DNA of 64,000 nt, taken from the NCBI RefSeq assembly GCF_000143415.4, contig NW_003314301.1:464745-528744 (forward strand). Direction: 5' to 3'. The notes beneath the pieces are model-generated. The model did not search any database and was not told the DNA's origin. It worked only from the letters and a program-made list of their open reading frames with translations. Origin of the DNA: Selaginella moellendorffii (lineage: Eukaryota > Plantae > Lycopodiophyta). Positions 24,071 through 37,100 of the stretch are shown piece after piece (the stretch's first letter is position 1; every line of letters starts with the position of its first letter). The position numbers and the translations under genes are program-made.

Positions 24071-27000
24071 CTTCCGCGTGTCATGTGTTGGTCCTTTTTG
24101 GGTCCCTTTTTGGAGCCTTGCTTATTGCTCGCTTCGTGCTCGCTCCTTGAGCACTTTGTTGGGAGTTCCACTCCCGTTCTCGACCTTTCAAGTTGGAGCT
24201 TTTAGTCCAAACGTGTTACGCTCGTTTAGCTTTCGCTTCGGCCACTACCACGTGGCACCCTTCCGGCTCCACTTTGGGGCCTAGGGATTTTGTGTCTCAC
24301 AACTCCACCACCCATAGACGAAGTTCGATGTCCTCATCGAACGGTAAACCCTTTCATAAAGTCACACCCGCATGTGTTACCATTTCTATCCTTGGCACCC
24401 AGCCAATATCTGTCTATGGTTTGACACCAAAGGCTCACCATGCCTTGTCCATCTTCTAAGGAGCATAGCCTCTCCAACTTAGAGGCTCATTTGACCACTT
24501 GTGGTGGTTCTCTCTTTTTATTGGTTTAGTTCTCACTAAACCTATTAGAGACACCTTCTCTAACTCGATCCCACTACTCGTTCTCAAGTGGTCTCACTTT
24601 CCATCGATATAACCCTTGCACTTTGGAACTTTTAATTCTGACTTCTCGAAGTCAATTTCCTAGGTGTCTCCGACACCTTGCATTGCACATATTGTGCAAC
24701 TCCACTTCCTCATTCTAGGAAGTTCTCCACTTGAGGGCGCCATCATCCTCTGTTCGATTTCATGCCACCTTTGGCACTGGGTTCCAGTTATCATATTTTG
24801 TGCTAGGGCTGTCTACGGCTCTATCTTTTGGCTACTTTGCCGTTCCCTCACTTGGGGATTTTACTTCGCCAAATTGGAGCACTTAGGGATCCATCCTTGG
24901 AAGTCCACTTCCTTTCCAACAAGCCATTAGCATCAAATACATTAGTGTTCCTTGGCTAACTTTGCCATGTGGATCCCTTCCATTCAATTCCATGGCCCAA
25001 ACTTGGCCACTAGTCTTTTGCTCCTATCCTTGATTGTTGCACCCAGCAACATAGGATCGCTACCTCCATTTTCGAGGTATCCTTTTGGTTCCATAGCAAA
25101 GACTCTCCTTTGCCAAGTCTAGAGGGTGTTCACCCCTAGTACGTCTCTTTAGCATTTTCTGCTGTGGGCTCTATCCACGGCCCAACTCTGTGACCCTCCC
25201 ATGGGTCTTTTATAGAGACTATTTTCCTTGGACTCCCTATGTCATTGCATTGACATATCTCATTTCCCTAAGGTGTCCTTCTCACTTGGTCACCTTGACC
25301 AAGCCACACCATTATCAATAGTTCCAATCAACACTTTGTACTTGGAACTTTATCCCTTAACCTCACAAGGACCTTGTCCTTGCTTTTGGCCATAAGATCA
25401 CCTAGTGATCTAACCTTGGCACTTTAACAGGTTTGCCAATAGGTACTAGGTCTTCTAGACCTTCAAGTTGTTGACCATGACCCCGGGGGCATCCCCCACA
25501 CTTGGCAGTGCACCCAAGCCAGCCCTTCCGGCCAAGGGTCCATAGCAACTGAGATTAGGTGTCCCCATCTCACTCACCACGTCCTTGGTGCCACTTGCAC
25601 CAAAGCGTTCAAGTTAGATATGCCGAGCTTTCACACTAAGCAATCTAACCGTGCATCACGACTCCGAGGCATCCCTCACTTGGCTGTGTGCCCAAACTAG
25701 TCTCCCCACTGAGAGTCCATGACCACCGAAATATGAGTGTCCTCATATTCAAAACCATCACCACGCCCTAGTGATTTGGGACTCGAACCCAAGCACTAGA
25801 GGGTCGGGACTCAAACCCAACCTCCGTATATGCATCTACGGACGGCATCTCACCAGATGCCTGGCGTGACTCCCCACGCCGGTGCACCAATTTATACTTA
25901 AAGCGCGCTACAGATCATAGCTTAGGAACCTGGTTCCTCCACACTGCCAAGTCCCCTCACTTGACAAGTCTGTGATCATGCATGGACTCCTCCATGCTTG
26001 GCCCCACGGCCCACCCTTTTTGAAGTTATCACCTTCAACTAGGGTATTTGTTCCCCTGACTTGCCAATCTCGCTTGGCAAGTCCTTCGACCACCGTCACA
26101 TGGTTCATGCATAAGCGTGAAAGTCCTCAATCATTGACTTTCGTTCAAAGCCCTCTCTTTGAACACTCAGGAACTACTTCCCCAACCTTGATAGCCTCGC
26201 CTCATGGCAAGCTACAAGACTGCACTTCTACTACGCCACTCCGATTTCGCGCGTTCTATGAACCATTTACACTTGGCTTTCTAGGTATCTAGCTACCTAG
26301 AATTGTCTTTGGGAACTTTTCGAAGGAATTCTGTCCCTTCAGCTTGCTAAAGCCTCTCCTTTCGCAAGCTTTCCAATTGCCATATAGTCTAATATGGACA
26401 ATCCCATGTTTTTAATTCTCCATGGCATCTTAGTCATTAGTAACAACATACTTGAGCACCCACTTGATTCTCCACTCCCAACTTGCATAACCACTCTTGG
26501 TCATGCCTGTCAATTCCCATGGTTCGGTTCTATCCCTTTACTACTTGCCTTTTGGCCTCACACATTTCCTTTGGTCATCCTCCTCCAAACTAGGAGGATA
26601 GCTTTGCACTTTCTACCATGCCTTGGCAAGTATTCATAGGGATGAACCTACCCAACAGCCTAGGGAGTGATTCTTCAATCCGGGTTTGCTCACCTCGTGA
26701 CCCCACACACTGGGATTACCGTTGATACTTATGGGCTTTTATATGCCCATCACTAGCGTTGCCAAAATCCCTTTTTTTTTTTGGCTTTGTCCAATTTGGG
26801 CAGATGGACTTGTCTTGTCTCCGCAACTTTGGACATTTGGATAACACCCCCTATCCATCATTCGCTAGAGACTTTGTCCCTTGGGCATTATCCATTGCCC
26901 TTGCAACACTAAACACCACCTTTTAGTGTTCTAGAGTGTTTAGGTGTCCCAATGATGGTCTTTCTGACAATGAGCATTCCTTTTTCGACATTGACTTACT

Positions 27001-28312
27001 ATATCGCAACATAAGCAAGTTATCCCTTATAAAGGTATATCTAACTCCCTTATCCCAATAAGAAGTCTTAGGTAGTTGCCTTCTACCAGTTTAACAAATT
27101 ATTTTGCTTAGTTACCTCATAATTGTCAAGTCCTACAACTCATTGCTGGTGCTTCCACACCTCCATCATTATTTGGGTCACCACACTCTAACCGCATGCC
27201 TTCTAACTTAGGCTATACCATTCCCATTTCCATTGGGATTCCTTTGGATAGGGTTTTTATGAACCCGCCAACTTGACCTCAAGGCAGCATGCCTTGGCAC
27301 CTTTGGTGTCTCCACACCCTCGGCTCCACGAGCCTACCTTTATGACACTCCTTACTTGTGTCTAGGTCTTTTTGCCAAGACCAATATGGTTGTCTCTTGT
27401 GCCAATTATCCATTAGCACCGCACCATAGAGTTTATGCACAACTTTGTGTCAAAGTTGTTTTCCTCCAGGAAACTCTTTCCCACGACTTTAGCATGGCAC
27501 CTTCTGCCATCAATGAGATACCTACTATTCTCATACTTGGATCTTAAGATCCTACCCATCCTTCATGGGGAACCACACACCTCAGTCCAAATGTTTCCAT
27601 CAATCCCTTTGGATTATTCTTTGACTCTATTGGAGTCATTTAACTTTTTGGACTTTGCTAATCCGATGACTGATGAGGTCCTACTTTTGAGGTGCTAGCT
27701 CACTAGAATACAACTCCTTGTATTCATGTCCTACTCACAAGGACCATCTTTGCAAGTGTTACTCTGACACTTGATTTGTTCTCTAGGGGCAACATTTTAC
27801 CCCTTAGGACCACCTGTCCATGTGATGAGAATACCAACTCATCCACTTAGTACACCCCAAACTCCTTGGGTTGTTCCAGCATTTATTAGAGGTAGCCCCA
27901 GCTACCATTTCAAAGACTCGTGTCCTCATCCATACTTGACCTCTCACAGTCATCCATTCCGGTCTCACCTTCATAAGCACCAGCCTCAACTATGTGAGGA
28001 TAGTCTTGTGACTCTTTTATTGTTTTCGGAGTCTCTATCTTCCCCGTGATCCCAACTATAGTTGTTTAAAGCTCTATTTCGTTAAAGTGGGATTTATTCA
28101 GTAAAATGGGACTAGGTACAAATTTTCAAGTATTTGAAAATGATCTGAAATTATATGTTTTTTGTCCAGGGGCTAGACATTTCTGGGGCATGGTGACTAG
28201 TGCGATGACTTTGTGTCCAGACTGAGTCCATTTGGTTGTATAATAAATCTCATTGTCAAGGTGAACAAGCCGAATCTGAAGCTAAAGAAGAGCGATGGCA
28301 TGCGCGCACACA

Positions 28313-29727
28313 CTATTTGTTAACACTTTGCAGAGACCTTAAGTGTTTTGCTAGGGACGCAATCATCATGTTTGCACCCCCGCCACCCCATAGAGGTACA
28401 AAGAAGTTCCCATAGTTCTGGGCACCATGCCCATGAGCGATTATGCCAAACAGAGACACATGCAGCTGCATGGATGAAGAGATTGCCTTGGGGGCAGGAT
28501 TGAGTCGAGGTAAGCACATCTTTTTCTGGTCCATTTTGTCGTGGATGATGCAGAGGTAAGAGTCAGGTCTCTCCATGGAGAGAATCCTGTTATGATAATA
28601 TGCAGTCCTGTAGCTTCTCTGCTCGATGTTGTGGTCGAGCCGCCTTCTAACCAACGTCTCTTGCTCTTGAGCGATGCAAGAATTCTTCGACAAAGCCATT
28701 TTGATAGCAGTGCACTCGTCACACTTTGAAAAGCTGGAGTACTTTCCTATACTCACATCCCTGAACCTGTTGCTCCACAATCTACTAAATCTAAATTGGC
28801 TCAGCTTTCTATAGCCATTACTCTGGAGTTTCCGATTCATATCTTCCAATATGGCCCCCTTGGTATACATGGAAGGGAGAACTCGTTGGGTGTCTCGTGT
28901 TCCATCTTCCAAGAGGTGGGTTTTATGTGGTTGCTGCTCGCTACATGTCTTGACAAACCTCTTGAAGATTGCCTCTCCATATACAACATGACCCTTGGTT
29001 TTGTGAGTACCGTCGTTCCCATGGACTGCCTGTTGAACCCTTTGTTCCTCGAACTCAGTTTTGATTCTGTAGAATGTGGTTCGAGGGACTCCATAAATGA
29101 TTCTCCATGCCTTCATGCTGACCAAACCCCTCTGGAAGACCATGCCCCCCACCTGATGTTCTGAAGCATCAACAGATGACCGTAATGCTTCATACACAAA
29201 ATTGCGAGCTGCCTTCCAGGACAATGTCTGTATCTTGCTCTCTCCTCTTCAATAGCATCCCAATCAGCATGTTGACAGCACCTCCTCTTGCAACAAGCAA
29301 CTGTCGAGACCATTCGAACCTCCATCGCCATTTTTTGCCTTTTCGGTTCGTTGCTCAGATCCCTTTGGCTGTGCTTTAGGAAGGTGTACTTTCTTTTCCC
29401 ATGAAGAGATGTTCTGTCATCAGTTGTAGTGGTGTTTGATTGTGAATCCTTCACATTCTCAAACACTAAGTGCCTCAATTTCCACCGCACAATGTTTCCA
29501 ATAGTCAGATTGTTTTCTTCTATGTCAACAACCTCTAAAATCGCAACTCCAATATCATCCCAGCCCAATTCTTGATTAGCAACCGCATCTCTTGGATCGA
29601 CAACTGTGGCTAAGCCCTCAGCTACCACCTCCCCCTCGGGGTTGTTTAGAAACACCTTTGCCTGAATCCATGTAGCACGGTTCTTAAGATCCACGGAGGA
29701 AACATGTGTCGCACTTGCGGAGGCCAT
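28313..29727 (-). pseudogene. Transposase (Sola-like DDE/D), frameshifted and C-terminally truncated
   Basis: N-terminal VVAEG..DP..LG domain and CCKRRCC, frameshift near 29220, then VPRTTFYR..VHGN, LPSMYTK, FSRLWS, FSKCDEC, H..Q...R..Y, LCIIHDKMDQKKMCLP and GANMMI. Later catalytic residues are not seen. Confidence 0.72.
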
Positions 29728-32148
29728 TCTGAAAGTGCAGAAAAGAAGTTAAGACCATACAAAAAATGATTGGAGAATGGCCTAAATCATAACATACCAA
29801 ACAACCTCAATAGCATGAGGCCACATGCCATTATTCAAACATGCTATTGACACCCACATGAAATTTCACATTCACAAAATTGGTATGAGCCCTCATGCCA
29901 TCTTGATAAACACACAGCTACAGGCAGGTAAAGAAACTATTGGCAATATGCTAGTGATGAACTTGCAAGCCCCAAGATGGCATGAGCCCTCATACCATTA
30001 GTGGTACCATAGCGCCGCTCGCACCACCGCAACTGCTCGTAGCGCCGCTCGCACAAACTGCCACTCGCATAAACTGCCGCTTGCAATGGCGCTCGCAATG
30101 CCGCAACCGCTCGTACACGCATAAACCACAGCTCACAACGCCGCTTACACAAGCAGCGCTCACTGCGCTCAGCGGAACCAAGAACACGGCGCACAAAAAT
30201 GATAGACCTAGGAATGAGTTCGAGAATTCAAAAATAACACACGCTTGAACGTCACATCAAATCCTCTGACAAACTAGATCTTATAATTCCTCTGACAAAT
30301 TTCAAACTAAGTAGCTTCTAGACTTTGCTGTCAGACGTTGAACTTTGTCACATCATTTCCTTGCCTCGATCCAGCTGTGCCATGTCAGTGATTCAAACTT
30401 TGCCATGCCATGTCAGCAATCTGCGCCAAGATTATTCGCCGTGTAAAGGAATAATTATGCTGTGTAAGTACGTCCATTTATGGCAATATAAGGCCACACG
30501 CCATTCAAAGAATAATGCTAGTCGAGCATTTTTTGGTGCATTTTTGGGTTCAAAATTGCATGAGCCCACACACTATAAAGTTTACCTGTACCAAAAATAG
30601 AAACAGCTTTATTTACTTGGGAATTTAAGTGGTTGAGGCATTTTTAAACTTACAAACACATGCCCTACTTACATTCCTTTTGTTGCTTAAAATTCAAAAA
30701 TATTATAAACCTTTCTTTTTGCATTTTCAATATTTTCAATTATGGTTTTTTATTTTCGCAGGACCAGCCTAGTAATCTATTTGCATCCCGTCATGTTTAT
30801 AGCTAGCTTTCATTTGTCCCCTTCACTAGCTTGAGATACATCTGCTCGGCATCTGCCTCTTACAGCATTTGCCCAAAAAGGGCATCTTTCTTCACACAGC
30901 ATTTGCCACATATTTAGGGAGGGTTTAGGGTTTAGCAATTCAGTAGCTTGATAAACATGCAAATACAGAACTTGATGCAAAATCCTTTGATATGTCACAA
31001 TGCCCCTAGGACCATAAACACATTTCAATAGAAAGGGTCCTTTCGTTTCATAACTCCTTACGTAGATCTTGGTGAAACCAGAGTTAGTGAAGTTGGTTTC
31101 TTGTGATCTCGCATCTGATTGTGATGTCCCTTTGTAGTGTCGATGGAAAGGTCAATGCACACCAAACTGTAGAATCTTGGAGCAAAATAACAGTCGGATC
31201 TATGGCAAATGCCCCTGAAACATTGTAAGGCTCGTGTGGTCTCATGTGGTGTCCGATCGAGATGCTTCTTTGCAGGGTCATCAAGAAGGACATTGTATAC
31301 CATTCTTTATTTAGTTGAACATCTGGCATTTTTGGAAATACAAGATGCTTTGGAATATCCAATCATGCATGGTATAAATATAGCGAGGGTATTAAATGAT
31401 ATCCCAATCATGATCTTTCTTTTATGCAGTCCGAGGAATGATGACGTTGCGGATTTCTTTTGGATTTCACGTGCATGCATGCGCGCGGCAATCCAGAAAT
31501 TAATGGTGGCGTGACATTTCGCGCGTGTGAGGTTAGGTTTTGCATTTTGCTTCGTACTCGCGCTCGCACACTCGCGCTTGCATCGCGCTCCCACTCGCGA
31601 TCACGCTCACATTCGCGCTCATCTACCTTCTCTACAGGTTTCTCGTGTGCATTGGCGTCCACTCGCGCTTGCATCACACTCGCGCTCACATTGCGCTCGC
31701 ATCGCACTCATGTGCATCGGCGTCCACTTCAAGACACACCCAGTTTGTAACTTCGCCGCCAACTCCGCCGCCCACTCCGCCACCCACACGCAGCCCATTT
31801 GGCATCCCGGGAGATTTCAGCGCCACTCTCCAACTGTAAGTGGCAGAGTAGCCTTGCTGCTACGATCCGCTGCACACACAGTGCACATTTGCCAGCGAGT
31901 CCGGCCTCGATTGTCACGCCTCCATTCGGCTTCAAATGGTATGAGGCCACATGCCATTCAGTAGCAACATTGGCAGGCACCGATTGGGCTCTCGAGTGCA
32001 GTCTGGTTACAGATAGCGTGTAGCCTCACGCCATCTTAGGATGCAGCCTCAAGACATCTGATGCAGTGGTGAATGGCGTGTGGCCTCACGTTATTTCCAG
32101 CTATTAGCTTTTCATCTGTCAGCTCTAATTGTTGTGCATTTCTGAACA

Positions 32149-34156
32149 GGCGAGGAATTGCGTTCTTCTTCCAGCCACTGTCAATGTGGATGCAGAGAAG
32201 GGGGAAGAGCTCACCAGTTGGACTTTCGGGATGGAAGGCGAGGATCTGAGGCTGTACAACACAGATGGTGGGAGAAAAGAATGCATAGGGATCCTCATCC
32301 AAGTGACAGACACTCCTTGCAGTTCCATGCAAGAATATGGACTGGCACTTGTGGTAGAGACAGCGTCCGCCTTCAAGATCCACCTTGCACATCCTAGCGG
32401 CTTCCCGGAGGGGGGCAGCGGCTATGAGGAATTCCTAGAGGGAGCTAGGGAGAGGTTGTCCAGGAGGCCCACAATTTCAAAGACGCTGCGGGTCTATGAA
32501 GATCACATGGAATCCACGGACCTCACCTACGGCGATGTTCAAAAACTATATTCCAACATTGAGCCGTTGAGAGTGCCTCCAGTTCGCGAAGCGAAGGGGA
32601 AAAGGGTCGATCTGGAAACTACCCCGAAGCAGAAAAGGGTGGTCAAGCTCAAGCCGACATCCGACTCTCCTGCTCCAAAAAAGAAGCTACTCGGTGATGC
32701 CATTGCCTCGGGTTCGAACACTACACCCACCAAAAAGAAGAGCCGCAAAGAGCAGAAAGAGCAAGGAGAGGCAGCAAAAATTGTCGCAGATAATAGTACT
32801 TGTTACTATTCCAACAAAGTATATACAATCGACGTGAGCCGTATCGACATCCAAAGCAAATACAACCACAGGCTAGTATCTGATGAGTGGGTGGAGAAAC
32901 TGAAGTAGAAGATGCTGGCAAGTCCAGTAACACCCGACATCGCAGACATGATCCCGTACTACTGAACAATGAAGGGCGAGACAAGGTTTCCAGACTTGAT
33001 CAATAGGAAGGTGTTGGACGATCAGAACATCCGGTTCTATGCCGTCTCCGGGCAGCATTCTAGCTTGGCGATGCAAGAGGTAGTTGTGGATATTATGGTG
33101 GGCGAGGAGGTGAAGAAAGTCTTCAAGACAAGAGTTGTCCGCCTGATAAAAGGCAACTCGCCCCTCCGATCTATCATATACATCTCCCATGCGCAGAATG
33201 TCAAGCAAGAAATGTGCTACAAATCGGGTCTGCACGAGACATTGGCACGAACACGGAAGCTGTAGGTTCAACTGAAGAAGCTACAAAAACCAGGACAAGG
33301 ACGTGCACTAGCAACTAGCGCCTGGCAGATAAGCCTCGTTGCATGTGGCATAGCATGTGGCCTCACGCCATTTCCATTGCAGGAATTCTCGAGTCTTCTC
33401 TCGAAAACACTGGGGGTCAATGACACACTCAGCATCCATAACATTCTACTCGCGACAAAAGTTGTTTTTGACAAATGGGTAGATGTGCTGAGGAGGTACC
33501 ATGACGGGGAGTTGCTAAACTCAATGGGTGTGGAGGACGGCCGGAAGCCCAATGATTTGAAGCTCAACGCCTTGCGTTTCTCGCGGTCTCTAGACGACGA
33601 CGACCTTCTGACAGTGGCTAATGCTCTTCTACGTGGTGAGGTAGTCTTCAACAAGACCAAAATGACTCCCGACCATATTGTGACATACGAGGACTTGTGC
33701 ACGACTCTGAGAGCTCGTGCGCTATTGAAGGATTGGATCTTCGAGCAAGTGGCTGTGGAGAGGGTCAGCATCAACACCACGCAAGAGATGATGGAAGAGC
33801 TGGAGTTGTCAAATGAAGACATCGACGAGTATGTGAAGGGGGCCCCCAAGTTCATCGATCTGCTGCGGGATGCCACGAAAAGTAAAGCTGAGAAGTTGGA
33901 TCAGTATCCAAATTTCATTAAGAGGGATGTCGACTGCCGGCTTCAAAAACAGCTCGACCCCACAGTAGAGGCCTATCGAGAACCTTACCGGGTATACGTG
34001 AATTCGGATGAGGATCAAAGGTGGAAGAGCATTGTTTCCCGTGGAGATGAGCATGGGGTTCCATGCCATTGTATTAATATTAAAAGACAATTCTTTGAGA
34101 GGATTTGCATTATACTAGAAGTGTTACAGCATGTTATTGGAAGTCTACGAAGTTGA
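32149..34156 (+). pseudogene. Transposon cargo gene with ParB/Sulfiredoxin-like domain
   Basis: ORFs 32129-32908 and 32969-33265 are in one frame separated by TAG and TGA. IDVSRID..HRLVSDEWVEKLK..FYAVSGQHSSLAM..ISHAQN follows the ParB/Srx N-domain pattern. A Lys-rich NLS-like stretch precedes it. It continues via a 54-nt intron (33329-33382, donor AT instead of GT) into ORF 33377-34156. Confidence 0.6.
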
Positions 34157-37100
34157 TTTATTAATAAGGGGAAAGTAAAGATTGAATGGGGACTTGGGCT
34201 CCACCTAGACTCAGAGCAACTGAGCCAATATTAAAAGGATGGAAAGAAATTGGATAACAATGACAAAGAGAAGAGAGAGGTGAAGCAGTGGCAGGGGGAG
34301 GAGAAGTGATTGAGTAGACATTTCTTTGTTTAAAATAAAATGGCATGTGCCTCAATGCAGTTGAATTTTGTTATATTTATATACTATATAAAGGTTTGGA
34401 AACCTTATTTTACAAGTGAGATAATAACAATTCCCACTTTAACGAAATAGAGCTTTTTACCACAACTACATTAGTCAATTTGCTGAGTCAAACGCTCATC
34501 TGGATCACCACCTCAACTAAATGAGGAAAACTTTGCACTGTTCCCAAGATCCCAAAGTCGTTCCATTATTAGCCCTTTTCTATCCACCACCTTGTCTACA
34601 AGTTCACACATGAACTATAATGGAGAGCCATGTCTTCCCGACCTGCTACTCTTCAAGGATAGGCCCACTCCTCGAACCTTCCGTTGCCAACACTAGTGGT
34701 GATATACTTGAGCACCAATAAAAGTCGGACTAAGGAACAGCTCTAATACCAAGTTGTAAGCGACTAAATTTTCCATTCTACTTTAGTCACTTAACCACAC
34801 CTCCAACCACTTGGAGGAGTCTCATTCACAACCTCCATAAGTCCAATTCAGGACTTGGGACTTGCTAGCCCCGAGAATGGCATCCATGCCACTCAACATT
34901 TGCACTTGGTCCAAGTGCTCCACGTGTCCGATCCCATGACCGACACTCAAAGGTACCACTGACATGGCAGCTTGTTACGCTAAGGCCATGCCCAATCACC
35001 TTTGCCACACTGGTAGTCCAATACCACTTGCATCACAGTCTTGGCTCTCCAAGACTAGGCAAACCATCCGTGAGTGGTCATCTCAGATCCACTCCTTAGC
35101 ATCCTTAGGATGCCCATTGACAAGGGGAATAGCCTTCCCCAATATCCCTCTGTCAGTCCCCACTAAGTCCCTTTCTGCCCTTGGCCGTGTTTGCCAACAC
35201 TGCCACTGGATCGAGGCCTACAGGCCTGACCACTAAGTCCCACGGTCCTCTAGGACTTCCTCACCACACGACTGCATCCTTGGTCACTGCCCCAGAGGAC
35301 TACTCCTCTTCCTTTCCACAGTCTGGGCCTTTGGGACAACATTTCGGAACACCGTGGCCTTACGCGAGCCACCCGGGTACTCTCCCTGCCTTCCGCCCTT
35401 GGGTGCTCTAGCCATGGGCTTAGAGCGAGGTTCCATTGAGCCACGCCTGGTATCCAAGTAGGTAGTGCCACCCACACTTGGACTGGGAGCATCGGCCAGT
35501 CGATCTCCCGGGGGAACTAGAGCCGGCTCTTGAACACTTCACCAAGCTACCCCGCTTGTCGGTCCATGTTCACTCTAGTCTTGGACTTCCCAGTGGGCAG
35601 CTCATCACCCAACACTGGGTCCGGCCTTCCTGGGCCAAACTGGCCTTTCCTGGCCAAACTGGCTCCACTACAGTCCTCCCCCTACTATACTTTTGGAGCT
35701 CACCAAACCCCCCAGGGTCTGGGAGACGAACGCTTTGGGCTTTCACCCTCTCAGACTCGAACTCGGACTCAGACTCGAACTCGGACTCGGAATCAGACTC
35801 GGACTCGGAATCGGACTTGGACTCGGACTCGGACTCGGGCTCGGTCTCAGCCTCGGCCTCGGTCTTGGTCTCAGTCCCGATCTCGGTCTCGGTCTCGGTC
35901 CCGGTCTTGGTCCCGGTCTCAGTCTCGACTTTGGACTCCATCTCGGGTCCCTCTTGGACTCCATCTCGGGTCCATCTCGGACTCCATCTCGGGTCCATCT
36001 CAGACTCCATCTCGGGTCCATCTCGGACTCCATCTCGGGTCCATCTCGGACTCCATCTCGGGTCCATCTCGGACTCCATCTCGGGTCCATCTCGGGTCCA
36101 TCTTGGGTCCATCTCGAACTCCATCTCGGGTCCATCTCGGACTCCATCTCGGGTCCATCTCGGACTCCATCTCGGGTCCATCTCAGACTCCATCTCGGTC
36201 CATCTCGGACTCCATCTCGGACTCCATATCGGACTCCATCTCGGACTCCATCTCGGACTCCATCTCAGACTCCATATCGGACTCCACTTCGGGTCCATCT
36301 CGGACACTTCCGCGTGTCATGTGTTGGTCCTTTTTGGGTCCCTTTTTGGAGCCTTGCTTATTGCTCGCTTCGTGCTCGCTCCTTGAGCACTTTGTTGGGA
36401 GTTCCACTCCCGTTCTCGACCTTTCAAGTTGGAGCTTTTAGTCCAAACATGTTACGCTCGTTTGGCTTTCGCTTCGGCCACTACCACATGGCGCCCTTCC
36501 GGCTCCACTTTGGGGCCTAGGGATTTTGTGTCTCACAGGAGGATTGTGTCATTAAACTTACATGGGTTTTCCATGTTGGTATGTCGACTCTACCTTTGTT
36601 AATATCATTTAGTTATATTTAGTCTGTAGTGTTGGATTTTATTGAGTCTTGGATGTGATGAATCACTCCTTAATGATGTGTTATCTGTACTTGAGTATTA
36701 TTGGAGGATTGGTATCAAATACTGACTAAGGTATTTTCGACTTTGGTTAGCTTGGTTGTTAGAGAATTTTGAGTGGTGATTCACTTTTGCTTTCTTTTAG
36801 CTTTGTTTTGATATTGATGGCATTGAGTGATACTTTGTCGTTAACATTGTTAATATTGAGATTCAAGTGAAATAAGATGTCTCTCCTTAAGGTTGATATT
36901 AAATTTCATTAGTCTTGATGAAAATAGTGTTGATGATTTAGTTATAGCTTTGTGTTATTGGCATTCGTGCATTTGCTTGTTAGCAACTGTATTGACATTT
37001 AAATGAACTGAGTGGCAAGTTGAGTTTGTTGTGTTCTAGACAAGATTGCTTAGTCAAGGTTGAGTTTTGAGCTTTTCCTTAAAAAGTGATTCAGTCATGG

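Larger units (their letters stand above)
28069..34455. mobile_element. 6.4-kb TIR DNA transposon, tentatively Sola-like
   Basis: Perfect 24-bp TIRs aagctctatttcgttaaagtggga (28069-28092) and tcccactttaacgaaatagagctt (34432-34455). 4-bp TSD TTTA (28065-28068, 34456-34459). The superfamily is inferred from the TSD length and transposase motifs. Confidence 0.88.
22495..36537 (-). mobile_element. Young full-length LTR retrotransposon (family A), non-autonomous, carrying a nested DNA transposon
   Basis: LTRs 22495-24301 and 34755-36537 (TG..CA) are near-identical. GGAGG TSD at 22490-22494 and 36538-36542. Reverse-complement PBS ctctaatacca at 34741-34751; reverse-complement PPT actccaccaccc at 24302-24313. 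No intact gag/pol ORF inside. Confidence 0.95.
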
